Origin: the human T2T-CHM13v2.0 reference genome, Homo sapiens
Assembly (NCBI RefSeq): GCF_009914755.1
Contig: NC_060930.1
Reading direction: 5' to 3' (one strand)
Length of the DNA: 64,000 bases
Under the pieces are notes generated by a model that saw only the letters and a program-made list of their open reading frames with translations, was not told the origin of the DNA and did not search any database. Below are positions 12,421-25,763 of the stretch, piece by piece. How positions within the stretch are numbered: position 1 is the first letter of the stretch; each line of letters opens with the position of its first letter. The translations under genes and the position numbers were made by a program.

Positions 12421-12921
12421 AAATATATATGACATACCCATGAGTTCATTTCATTATGATACTACAAAAAACCCATCAGTCCTATTAGAATTTGTCAGTG
12501 ATAGGCTCATTACTCTGAAAATTAATAAAGGAAAAAATTATTTATCCCGCATTCCCTAATAAAATTTGATTGCAAGAAATAGTTAATAAGACAGCTTTAA
12601 TGTACTTTTAATAGAAGAATTCCAGCTAATAAATAAAAAAGAGATAATCAAAATAGAAATATACTAAAAGGCAATACATTATAGAATAATAAAAACAATG
12701 GTTGTAGGCAAAAATCACCAATGGATGCTAAAACTATTACATAAAATATTAAAAAATATAATGATAATATCTGGCTAACAATATATTAAGATCATTGGAT
12801 GTAGGAAATTAGGGTTTACATGCATCATGGTGTGATCTAACAGGGTACAAAGCAGTACCTATGAAAGGTTCTTGCTCAAATAAAATGAAACAAAAATATC
12901 CTGAATCAAATCAAGCATCTA

Positions 12922-13231
12922 GGCCAGTCGAGGTGGCTCACACCTGTAATCCCAGCACTTTGGGAGGCCAAGGCAGGAGGATCACTTGAGGTCAGGAGTT
13001 TGAGACCAGCCTGACCAACATGGAGAAACCCTGTCTCTACTATAAATACAAAATTAGTTGGGTGTGGTGGCTCATGCCTGTAATCCCAACTACTTGGAAG
13101 GCTGAGGTAGGAGAATCTCTTGAACCCTGGAGGCAGAGGCTGAAGTGACCCGAGATTGTGCCATTGCACTCCAGCCTGCACAACAAGAGCGAAACTGAAA
13201 CTAGTCTCAATAATAATAATAATAATAATAA
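12922..13231 (+). mobile_element. AluSp-type with (TAA)n tail
   Basis: 'cctgaccaacatggagaaaccc' and 'caacaagagcgaaact'; TSD aaatcaagcatcta / aaattcaagtatcta. Confidence 0.95.
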
Positions 13232-13360
13232 AAATTCAAGTATCTAGTTTATAGGGAACATGGAGTTAGAGAAATAGGTTAACACCATGCCAAGGGAATC
13301 AATAAAATCCACAATGAAGGATATCCTACAGTATGGATGACCTGGTTTCTCAATTAAATT

Positions 13361-13447
13361 GTGTATGTACATATATACACACACGTGTGTACACACAAAC
13401 ATGCACAAACACACACATGCATGCACACACACACACACACACACACA
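13361..13447. repeat. Compound (CA)n/(TG)n microsatellite
   Basis: Alternating purine-pyrimidine tract ending in pure CA repeats. Confidence 0.95.
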
Positions 13448-16400
13448 GAACTTACCATAGAGCACAAAAGAGACTGGTGGAATAACCAAATGTGGGGTGG
13501 TCATGCATGGACTTTATATAATTTGTGTGGTTTGAGGAAACCAACTGTAAATTTATCTTTGAGACATTTGGAGAATTTTTATTATAGATTGTGTATTAGA
13601 TGATATGAATGATTTATTATTCATTTATTTTGTATGATAATGGTAAATTTTTATTTTAAAATAGTTATTATCATTCAGATATAAATATGAAGAATTATCG
13701 ATGACATGACTTATTTTAACATATTCCTAAGAAAACAGGTGTATCTGACAGATGAGAGTAAGTTTGCAGAAAGTAAGGAACTGTTGAAGCTCAGAGAATG
13801 GCATATGGGCATTCAGCATACCTTTTTTGCTTTTCATGCATGTTTAACAGTTTCTAAAAAAAAGCAAAGAAGAAAAAAAAACACTTGTCAATTTGGTAGA
13901 ACAACATGTAAAGACAAGTATTAATTTTTCAATAAAAATTGAAAAATATAAAAATAGGCTATATGCTCTCTAACATTTACTAGTGGAGTGAAAATTTGCT
14001 GTTTGTTAACAAGAAGCAGTGGTGTTTCAAACTCACCAAAGAGTATAGGAACACACCAATATATTTGCTTTAAAAATATGAACACATTTTCTTATAGCGT
14101 GCCTTCTGCAGACAAGGACTTTCCTAAAGTTACTATGTGGTTAAATGGGAGATTCTCTTCTGTACACCACTCAGAGACTTATCGGTTTTGAAATTGCATG
14201 AGTCTTCACATCTCCTATCTTATACATCCCTTAGTTCAATATTTCATTTAACTTTAAAGTTTGGGTTTTTACTGAAATTAACTAGATAGTGTATCTGCCT
14301 TGTTATCCACTCTTCTCACTCCCACCCATGGGTTTTCACATCCTCACATCTCCTTATCTAGCATCAGCAAATCCTATAAATAAGTGTCAGCAGGAACTGC
14401 AGGAGTGATTTCTCAACATCCTTGCTGATTAAGCAGAAATCAGCCTGATTCTTAAATTGTTCTTATCAAAATGAGAAAGGTCATGCAAAACCCATGCTGC
14501 TGAAAAGTCTTGAGTCAGAAACTGGAAATGTAGGCAACACTTTCAGAAATGTGTGGTTTCCAAATAGCTCTGTAGATTTAAGCTGTGTTGAATCTAATTG
14601 ACACACTACTTAATGATATTAAAAAAAAATTGTTCTCCTCCTGAGTGGCCCTAAGGCTTCCCACCACACAATCTGTGGCAGTCTTTAATTTGCGCATACA
14701 GAAGACCCTCCCTGTGTTTCTACTCAGCCAATGAATTTAAGGGTATTTGAGCTCAATGCCCCTTTTTAAAGATATTTTTTCTGTTTTATGCTTGTGAGTT
14801 CTTTGTCTGCTTCTACTACATTCACTTTTGCCAAGAAACTGTACTTCAATATATAAGCTAGAGTTGTGTTTGAGCTTGTGACCTACTTCATTATCATTTC
14901 AATGTCTTTGTCACCTCAATATCCCAGCACAGGCATAGAAAAATGCACAGATCTAGACTAATGCAAAGATAGGACGGTGTTGGCCGTGTTTGCTTAGGAT
15001 GTGGCAATTATTTTAATACATGACTGGTTTTGTCTTCTTTGGATTAACATGACTACTTTAAATTCTGGTAGAAAGTGTTGTTTGATTGAAGAAGACTTTT
15101 ATTTTCATGGCTACAGAATGCTTGATAAAAAGCAAAATGTATGTAGGGACTTGAGTTAATGAAAAGAGTTCTGAAAAATAATCATGGTAAATGAATTTGC
15201 GAGAAGCAACAGCTCTTTATCTTATTCTAGTCTTTAAATATCAATAACCTAGGACAAGAAGGCAGCAGGGAGAAGAAACACAACTACACTGCCAGAAACA
15301 CAAAACATTTTTTAGACCTTTGTGAATGCTACTGTGTGCGTCTCTCATATGTTCAAGTATTACTGTTTGTTGTTTGTACTGTCAGGCTAATTCTCCTTAA
15401 GCAAATCTCAAGTTGAAAACATATAATTGAATCAGAAAAGAACAATTGCCAATTAACACTGAGTATTATGTGATAACACACACAGCAAAATGCTTAGGTT
15501 AAATTTGTAATCCTTCAAAATTCCTATGGATTAAACAGTGAATAGGCAGTCATGGGTGGTATGTGGAATTATATAAATATGAATATAATTGTGATGATAC
15601 AAGAACAATACCTGGAGAAAAGAGGAGAGAAAAGAGAAGTGCCAAAAATGCAATAGTAATTTATTCACATACGAGAGAGAATTTGTCTGAGCTATTAAGT
15701 ACCAATAGCAGTAAATTCCAAGAACAGTGAATCTTCAATTAATTTCCCTCATAAAGCCTTTGAAGGGCCTCTAGGCATATACAGATCATTAGAACTGCTT
15801 TACAGGCCCTAAACAAGAAACGCTATTTGCTGTTAATCTAAGAGAAAGTTTGTAGCTGGAAAACTGTAATGAATATATTCCTAAAAAGATTCAGAAGAAT
15901 TGATTATTTTGGTCTAAATTAGTAAATATCTTAAAATCTTAAATATTAAAGCAAATAGTTTCCCATATACAAATACTTTTGACAATTTTTCCACAAACAA
16001 GTCAACAGAATCCAACCAACTTAATTAAAAAATGTCATGCATTTTGTTTCTGTTTATTTTTTATTCAGCAAGGTGGCTTGGAAAATGCCATATACGAATG
16101 AAGTAGATACATTATTTTGTAAAAAACAAGTGTTTACAATTTTTCAAAAAGCTAGCATCGAAAATCCTCAGAATTGATAGTGGATAGAATTGCCCTCACA
16201 TCCATTCTTTTGCCCACAGTGATTCCACAACACACGCTTCCTTTCTCTTTTTTTTGTTTCTGAAGTACAGTTTCCTTTTCAAGGCTCGACAACCCCTCTG
16301 AACTTCTGACTTATTCTTGCTATACTTCCCTTTGCTCCTTTGAGACTTTATCAATTTTTTTCTTAGTTTAAAAACATTTCTCTATGCTAGGTGTCTCCGT

Positions 16401-16929
16401 TCTTCTTAAGAATATGCTTAAGCTTCACTTCCAAAAATTGCCCTTCCTGTATTTCTACAAAGACCTTGATTTATTCATCTTGCCTCCATCCTTCCATTTC
16501 ACTGACCAAGAGAAAGCTCTAGGTCTGACTCCTCTAATTCAATGCTTTATTTCACTTATTCCTCAACTTTTTGAAATCTGGTTTGATTCCCCTTCATATA
16601 ATCAGCAGCTTTGCTCATCCTATTGAAGTATGCATACCCATTTCTATTGGAGTTATGTTAAGCCATTGATAAATAAGACAGAAATGGCAAATTGTCTTAG
16701 AGCACTAATTTTATGGAAGATATTTTTCTGAGGGAAAGTTATTTTAATTGGGTAGTGGTACTGGGTTAAAAAGCAGTTCTAAAAAGCCATGTCCTTCTAC
16801 GTTTTGATTTTTCTTTTTATGGCTTTTTTTCTAACTTTGTCTTGAGGTCCCATCAAGAGTAGCCATAAACCAAGATAGCCACTCTTTAGGGGAGCCCTGT
16901 CTTCTAGGAAAAGACCTTATGTAATGAGA

Positions 16930-17174
16930 AAGAAAACAATTATCCAAGAAGATTTAACAACTCTCAACATGTCTGTACCCAAAAGCAGATCATCGGAATG
17001 AAGCAAAAGCTGTTAGACAAAATCTCCGATGCAGGAGAAGTCTAAAAAATTTTCTTGGAGTCTCTCGTCTCAAGAGGTAGTGCAAAACTCTCCAAAACTT
17101 AACTATGGCTACTAATTGTGACTTCCTTTCAAAGAGTACAGTATGGGAAAAAGAAAAAAAAAAGGGTTTTTTTG

Positions 17175-17215
<41 letters not shown>

Positions 17216-17760
17216 AACCTACAGTCCTACCTCAGCCAGGTTCTCAAAGTTGGCATAAACAGTGGTAAGCATGCTGGTAGCATGTACTATGATATTGATA
17301 GTATTATGTGATAAAAACTGACCTTACCTCTGTAGTCTTCCTTCCAAAATACATAACCCAATATAATCAGGAGCAAAATTGCAGACTAATCTCAACTGAG
17401 GTAAATACGACAGAATACCCGAACAGGAATTTTCAAAACTGTCAAGGTTATCAAAAACAAAGAGTCTGAGAAACTATTACAGCTAAGAAGAGAGTAAAAA
17501 TATGTGATGACTGAATACATTGTGGTATTCTGAATGGTACTCTGGTTCAGTAAAAACATTAGGTGAAACTAAGAAATTTAAAATATTATTTTTATTTGAT
17601 ATTCTTTAATAATATTATACTAATATTACTTCATTAATTTTAGCAAGTATAATACACTCATGCAATATTTTAATAATGGGGATCAGTGTGGAGAGTATAT
17701 TGGAATTATCTGTAGAATCTTCATAATTTATTTAAATCTAAAATTTGTATAAGTTACAGG
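16930..17760 (+). mobile_element. L1MD/MC-type fragment (short ORF2 piece plus 3'UTR)
   Basis: 'ctacctcagccaggttctcaaagttggcataaacagtggtaagcatg' and 'caaaactgtcaaggttatcaaaaacaaagagtctgagaaact' match L1MD-type 3'UTR. Confidence 0.75.
17179..17212. repeat. (GT)17 microsatellite
   Basis: Pure GT run. Confidence 0.97.
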
Positions 17761-19009
17761 CTTTATATGAAAATGTCTTCCAGTAAAATATATATAGACT
17801 GCTTCATCCTTGTTTATAGAAATACACCACCACATGATTTTTTATAGAAATATATAAGTTTTCAGTCCTACATTTCGGAAACTCTAAAATACAGTTCTCA
17901 ACCCTCTAAACCTAACATTTATTTTCCATAAATGAAAACACCTCACGACATTTATTACATTTTAAAATTATGATTGATGGCTCATAATCCCATTGAAATT
18001 CAGAGATGTATAATGGCTTTCCAAACTATCTTTCTACCTTTCTTTACCATTGTCCATTTACTTTCAACTACATTCTTTAGTAATTGTGTACATTCCTGAG
18101 GAATTCTATTCTGTTCCACCAATCCATGTTTTAAATTATAATGAGCTTCCATGGCTCAATGTGTATTTTTCTTGAGTTATTAAGAAGTAAACTCTGCTTT
18201 CTCTGAAATGCCATGGCCTGTTGTTTGTATTTTTTCATTCACATGTATTCGTGCTTTAATTTTCAATAACAGTTTTAGTATATTTCTTTGCACTTGGTTA
18301 CTTTATTCTTTGCTTCCATCTCAAATGTCACCATGAAATGAACTTTAGAAACCTCTCTAGGAGTTCACCATCTTTGTACCTCTTGGAGCACATATAACAG
18401 CATCTTAGAAATGATTGCCATTAAGTATGGTTCAATTTAAGTAATTCGATTAATGATGAATGCAAACTTTACCTATGGTTTTCTTTAATATGTGAAAACA
18501 TGCAACATAAATGCACTATTAATATACATATATACATGCAGAGACACAGGTTATCACAGTGATAAAATAATTATATATATAATTATAAAACTTAATGTAT
18601 GTAATTTATACATTTTATCCTGAATAATAATAAGAAAATCCTGAAGCTTGGTTTCAAGCAGGGGTAATGTCTGATTGCTACTATCCCAGGTAACTATGAT
18701 GCTCGTGTTTTTCCCAGTTAAACTAATTTTCAGCTTGAACTCTTAAGTAGGTATATTTTCTAGAAAAAAAGAAAATAGAGCTTCTTTTCATTTGATTCAG
18801 GGTCATAATAAATAGAACTACACTCTTTCTAATGAGGATAGAAGAGTTACAGCATATATGTTATTCTTAGGTAGTAGCCAAAGCAGACCATTTTACATAG
18901 GGTTCTATGTATTTAAGTTTTCCTTAAGAAACAGGTGAAAACATTCTATATGGCATTGCATCAAACCTAAAACTAGAGGCTGAATATCGAAAGATATCAC
19001 GCCTTTCTA

Positions 19010-19282
<273 letters not shown>

Positions 19283-21619
19283 TTAAAAAATTCATCTGTA
19301 CTTCAACATTTTGCTTAGTCTTACTTCACTCAGTATGTTTATTTTCACAAATACATAAAAAAATGTAAACAGCAGGTAAAAGGGTTTAATGGCTCATTGT
19401 TTTTGCAATAAAATTTAGAAACTGAAGTCAGGAGGCACCATGGATTTACAAGGGCAGGAGGCTAAGTGATGAATTCAATCACTATTTATCTTTTGAATTA
19501 AAAACTTTTATTTCTCTGTTCATTATGTCCATGAAATAGATCAGGAGGTAATATTGCAAACAGTATTTGTGAGGATCTGGAGTGAGATTGCTAAGGAGAG
19601 ATGAAGTACAAAAATAGACTTGTATAGATATCATTCATTATAATGTTGCCATTCTACCAAATAGCTAATTATATCAAATTTTGTTTCAAATAAATATTTT
19701 CTGGCTTAAGATTTTACCAGTTTTTATTATTGTGAAGATACCTTGTGAACATAAGCCACTTTAAAATAAAGTATTTGAACTTCTATATTATGATTGACTA
19801 CATACTATTTTCTTGTAGAGACAAATCCATAACTTTAAGAAAACTTTTTGTTTTAATAGTCATTTCAAGTAAGTTGTTCAATTAGTTTAGTATTAGACAA
19901 TAAGTGCATTTGGAACATCACCTATATATTATGTAATTGTAATAAAATATAAATAAGGGAGACTTTGGAATGACAACCAATTTTAAATGTTACAGGAAGT
20001 AAAATGCAAACATTTTAACTTTTCAATCTATAAAAAGGGCGTTGTTCAAAATTGTAAAAACATGGTTAAAACAATGTATAATATCTTCCTAGAAAAAAAG
20101 CAGAAGTATATTCAATAGAAGTACAGCTAATTATGCTGCAGTGTTAGAAATTTGCTTTTTTCCATAACTTCATAAATGATTTCCAGATGGTCTAAATGTG
20201 CTCATAGTACTTTTGTAAAATCTTACTTTTTAAATTAATTATAAGTATTTTGGTGAGATATAAATACTTACATTTCTCCACAGAATTCATGTTGATATTT
20301 AAAATAAGTAACTCCTCACATACTTATGTCTATAATAAACACAGCTGTAAATGTGGTATTCCATGTGCTTTGCTAATATTTGCCATGGAAGTAGAACGGA
20401 ATACAGTTTCCAAAATCCTCTTGGATTATGAAGAAATTGGGCTTAGCATTTATCATCAGAATCCAGTGTTTAGAGCTGTGTCATAAAATTGACTTCATAG
20501 TTGTTAGGGTTAGGGCGTGGGGAGGAAATAATCTTTCTGATTGCCTGTTTTGTCCGAATGGCAGATTTCGATGTTATAAAACTGACTTGAAATGGGAAGA
20601 TCAAACGTGATTATACAAGAATATTTTAATAAGTGTATCAACAGGCAAATGTGGAAGAGAGAAAAATGATTAAGTGTTTTTCTTTGGATTGAATATTTGA
20701 ATCTTATGTTTAACACAAATAAGTGGATTTTAGTTATTTCTGTGCCCTGACATTTTGTATATTAATTAGTTATCTCCCATGTTATGGGATTTGTCCGTGT
20801 GTAGATAGCTTTACAGTGCTTGAGTTGTACACTTCTAATGCAGGAGCTTGTTTATGTTTCATACTTTTATACTTAGAGAGAAAAACGTCAAAGAAAAAGA
20901 GTATTACTTGAGGCGAAAAAAGTGACCAAATAAAAGATAAATTCAAAGAATAAAAAGAATTTCACAAAATGAAAATAAATGAAAACTTTTTGCTTTGATC
21001 TAAATCCATATATTCTTTTAAAGTCAAGATTTATTATGAACTAATTATAGTCTTCAAAGAAAAGCCCATTTAATTTATAATGTGTTTCTAGCTGCTTAGA
21101 TCTGAGATAACATACTGATGTAATAAGTATCAAGGAGACAGAAAAATACCTAAAGGATGAGTTGCAGTAAAACGTAGGTCCAAAGTCTCAATTAAGTAAC
21201 CACATTTACCCAAAGTCCAAAATATTGACACTTTTATGTATTAGAAATATAAATGAAATTCAAGGTGAGATTAATATGGCTTATATTCATAGTAATATAT
21301 TTTCTACTGTATTATAAATATCAATGAAGAAGCACCATATTTAACAGAAAATCTATAAGAAATATGATTGGAAGGCACATTAACATTTTATTAATTACAT
21401 CTTTTAGGTCAAGCCAAGAATAAGTTGTCAAATACTGACTATGTAAGTATAGATTTTAGATGATGGAAGAGAAATGTAAAAAATTATTTAGGAAAACAAG
21501 CTATTAACAGAGATGTCATTTAGAGAAAAGTATAGTTAGTAAACATATGGAGGGGCAATGATTGTTTTTGTAATTCTAAAGACAAAAACAGTTCTAAATT
21601 TTCTGCATTTGTAAAACTT

Positions 21620-22990
21620 GTGTTCTAGAGAGGAGATAGTGTTGAGAGACATTTTAAATAATTAAATCAGTGAGACTTGGTAATTAATTGAAAAATTGGG
21701 TTGAGGAGGAAGAATTCAAGGATGACTCCCAAGTTTGAAACGTGGGCTGCCACAATGATGCTGATGTTTTCATCTGAGATGGGAAATACTGAAAAAAAAA
21801 TGAGTGAAGGGAGAGATGTTTGATTATGAGATTGATCTTGAACACAATGAGTGTGAGATGTCTTTGAAATATCCACATTGAGATCCACATCAAGACAGTA
21901 GTTTATTTATACAAGAAATGCAGGCTTGTCCAGTGATCTGGTAAATCAAGATGAGAAAGTTTCCAGAGTGGTACCTTTTACTTTCTTTGGAAGGCAAGAG
22001 AATTCACCTTCGAAGAGTAAGAAAAAGTGAAAGGGGAATTGGAGCTTAGAAGAGAGCTGAAGCAGTTTAAAGTTTATATTCTTCAAAAAAGTGGGAAAAA
22101 AAGTGAACCAGAAAACAAAAAGATTGACAGATTTCAAAGCATATTTGAGGTTGATGATAGTGAATTTGCAGTGGTCTAAATCTGCCTCTTTGCAAAACTT
22201 TTTTAGCAATAATTGGCAGTTCAAAAGCAAGAACAGAGGAAACAGCAGGGTTTTTGACAATAAATGTATATTAGTCTGTTCTCATGCTGCTAATAAAGAC
22301 ATACCTCAGACTGGGTAATTTATAAAGGAAAGAGGTTTAATTGATTCACAGTTCCACATGGCTGGGAAGCCTCACAATCATGGCAGAAGGTGAATGAAGA
22401 GCAAAGTAACATCTTGCATGGTGGCAGGAAAGAGAAACATGTGTGAGGAACCCCAATTTTTATAAAACCATCAGATCTCAAGAGACTTATTCACTACCAT
22501 GACAACAGTATAGGGGAAATCGCCCCTCTGATTCAATTATCTCCACCTGGCACCACCCTTGACATGTGGCGATTATTACAATTCAAGGTGAGATTTGGGT
22601 GGGGACACAGCCAAGCCATATCAAGATGTATAAAGTTAAGGAACATTAAAGTATTAAAAAATGTATTGTTGATGCAGTGGACAATAAAATCTGTACTGCA
22701 TAAAGAGGAGAAAATACAGAGAGAATGGTTTTACTATGACACAATAGAGGTATTATTAGAGAAGATATCTTTTCAAATCTACTAATAATCATGGTACAGT
22801 GATTGAACAGTGTGTTGGAAGAAGAGTAGGCTGTGGTAAAAAGTTTGGATGCCTGAATTGGTAATTTAGAAACAAGAAAGAATTAGGCAAGTTTCCAGGG
22901 GTGGACAGATCTGCTAGGTCTACAGAGGAATCTGATGTCTTGGTCTGAATTAAAAGGATGGAGACTTGTTAGAATTGTGGGAGGTAAGGT
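21620..22990 (-). mobile_element. L2 fragments, interrupted by a THE1 solo LTR
   Basis: 'caaggatgactcccaagttt...ctgagatgggaaatactg...gtgtgagatgtctttgaaatatcca' is antisense L2. Confidence 0.65.
22267..22623 (-). mobile_element. THE1C/D-type solo LTR
   Basis: 'tattagtctgttctcatgctgctaataaagacatac...ggggacacagccaagccatatca'; 5-bp TSD aaatg/agatg. Confidence 0.93.
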
Positions 22991-25133
22991 AAATAAATAA
23001 AATCAATAGAGTGTATTTATGATTCAAGAAGCAAGTAATATCTTGTATTACTTAAACTTTTAGTTTCTTATGTATATATATATATGGCTCAAACTCATTT
23101 AAAAATATATTTGTAAAAATACACCATTTAAAAATCTAACAGTAACAGCATGTATCTTCGTAATCACAATTGAGGATGGGAATGAAGTAGTATTTCAAAA
23201 TAAATGAAATAAAGTGTAATAAAGAAAGGTAAGTAAACCCTAACAACAAAGAAACAGAAAATATTAGAATCACTCACTAAATGTGGTAGAGATGATAAAA
23301 TTGTTAAATTGTATACATAACAATTTGAAATAAATGTTTGTGTGAATTAACCTGGATACCAATGATAAAATGCACAAATAGGTTAACTATGTAAGTTCTT
23401 TCCAGCATTTCCTCCTTAGTAGATTACTAACTCAGATCCATATTTGAGTTTAACGACCTCACGAAAGAAAAAAAAAAAAAAACACAGGTCTCAGATAAAG
23501 ATGAATTTTTGGTAAAGGGAGAAAGGATTATAATAGTTTCAGCTAAATGAATGTGAACCTAAAAGTTAAAAGAAATAAAATGCAAAGAAAATGAAACTAA
23601 ATAATTGGGATGAAAAGATGTCACGAATTGTAAATGAGATTTGCTTTGAGGTTCTGACTCACGCATGCAAAGCTTTCTATGAAAGCTTGAAATATTAATA
23701 AAATAGACCATATTTTACTTATGAAAAAGTCTATTTTTCTTTCTAATGCCATTTGAATAATTATGAAAAGGACTGAGTAATTTTTATATTCTCCTTTGAA
23801 TTGTAAGCCTTTGATATTAGAAAAAAAATTTGGTTTTGGAAACAAAACATACATTTTAATTTTTCCTCTTTTATAGTGAAGGTAAAGGCAACGGGTTAAG
23901 GAGAAACTCAGATAGAAAAGAAAGAGAAATTGATTTATAATCTCGTACATATATATTGAGAAGTGAGCTCTCATTTTCATTAAATAAAAAATATTTCATT
24001 CAAAGCAGCCTTATTCTTTATTCTAGAAAAGCTCAGATGAATCAACTTTAATAGCTTCCCCAACCACCAAAAAGAATCCCTAATCACAGAAAGAGGAGAC
24101 ATTTTTCTTTTCATATTACTCCACTCCAATTCTCCAAATCCTTTACATATACAGATATACACACCTGGGGAGGTATGTGTATGCACAGGTAAATGCACAT
24201 ATCCACTCATGAGAGAGAGGCTCAGAAAAAGGTATTAGGAAACTAAAAACGTTCCTAATTTTCTGAACATAAAATGAACTGTAAGTTAAATGCCCACCTT
24301 GTCATTTGATGGAGTTGCTTTCATTAGTAAAATATTTGCTTAAGGGATCTGCCATCTCAAAATATTAACTTTTAAGTATGTATTACATGCACAAATTTAT
24401 TTAAAACCACTTACCAGTCACTCTAATCAGAAAACACATTTTTCTAGTGAGATTTCAACTGTTTTACACTTGGTGTGTGTATGCACCTGTCACAGGTTAG
24501 GATGTTTGCTGTAGAGATAATATGATGTCTTTGTACTCTCCTGAATGATTGTTACTGGAACTTACAAAGAGAGATACTATGTGAATAGAGACATTAAGTT
24601 TCTAAGAACAAAACATGCCATAAATATTGCAAAATATTTTTTTCTGATGTTTCTGAGGGAGCTAACATTTTTAGAAAATTGTTTTTACAAAAAAAACACT
24701 TCAACAAATTTTCTGCTAATTGAATTGTTGCAATGTTTCTACTCAACTTCTCTTACATCCTCAGAATCCTCCCTGTCTATGCCAATCTTTATTTCATTCT
24801 CTTCCTTCAAAAGTGTAATATGTTAAGAACATAGAACCTAAAACTTTTTGTTAAAATCTGAGCATTTTGTGAAAGGCATTAGAATTTATTCTGTGTCTTC
24901 ATTTGGATTCTCTTTGTGACATCCTGGCAAGTGGTTTCTTTGCTTCTGCTTGATTCAATTCCTACTAATAATCTTCTTTCAACAAGTCTAAAAATTAGGA
25001 AACAAAGTGTCACCTATACCAAAATCTACCTTTTAATAACATCCATTATTTGGTGCCAGCTTTGTATTCTAAAGCCATACAGAGTAGATTCAGCTCCGCA
25101 TCCTAAAAACCAATCTGTCTCATCCTTTGTAAG

Positions 25134-25763
25134 TGTATTAGCCTGTTCTTATGCTGCTGTGAAGAAATAGCCTAGACTGGGTAATTTGTCAAAAAATAAA
25201 AAGAGGTTTAATTGACTCACAGTTCCTCACGGCTGGGGATGCCTTAGGAAACTTACAATCATGGTGGAGGGGGCCTTTTCACAGGGCATCAGAAGAGAGA
25301 ATGAGTGCCAGCATGGAAATTCCACGTGCTTATAAAACCGTCAGGTCTTGTGAGAGAGACTCACTCATTATCATGAGAACAGCATGGGGGAAACTGCCCC
25401 CATGATCAAATTACTTTCACCTGGTTCCGATTTGATCCACGGGGATTATTAAAATTCAAGGTAAGATTTGGGTGAGGACAGAGCCAAACCTTATCATTCT
25501 GCCGTGGCCCCTCTCAAATCTTATGTCTTCACATTTCAAAACAATCATGAGCTTCTAACAGTCCCTCAAATTCTTAACTCATTCCAGCATTAACCCAAAC
25601 TCCAAGTCCAAAGTCTCATCTGAGACAAGGCAAGTCCCTTGCGCCTATGAGCCTGTAAAATGAAAAGCAAATTAGTTACTTCCTAGATACAATAGGGGTA
25701 CAGGTGTTGGGTAAATACACCTGTACCTAATGGGAAGAATTGGCCAAAACAAAGGGGCTGCAG
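25134..25763 (-). mobile_element. THE1D-type 3' LTR (25134-25496) plus the last ~265 bp of THE1-int
   Basis: LTR 'tgtattagcctgttc...agccaaaccttatca' followed by antisense PPT and internal sequence matching the ends of the + strand THE1-int copies in this window. Confidence 0.92.

Larger units (their letters stand above)
12420..13870 (+). mobile_element. Old L1ME/MC 3' region
   Basis: 'agaattccagctaataaat', 'gttgtaggcaaaaatcaccaatggatgctaaaact' and 'ggatgacctggtttctcaa' are typical of old L1M 3'UTRs. Confidence 0.6.

Noticed and set aside
16830-16915. Possible short LTR fragment
   Set aside because: It looks LTR-like but is too short for me to assign to a family.
20503-20525. Interstitial telomeric repeat / G4 (gttagggttagggcgtggggagg)
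   Set aside because: Only two TTAGGG units; compatible with chance.
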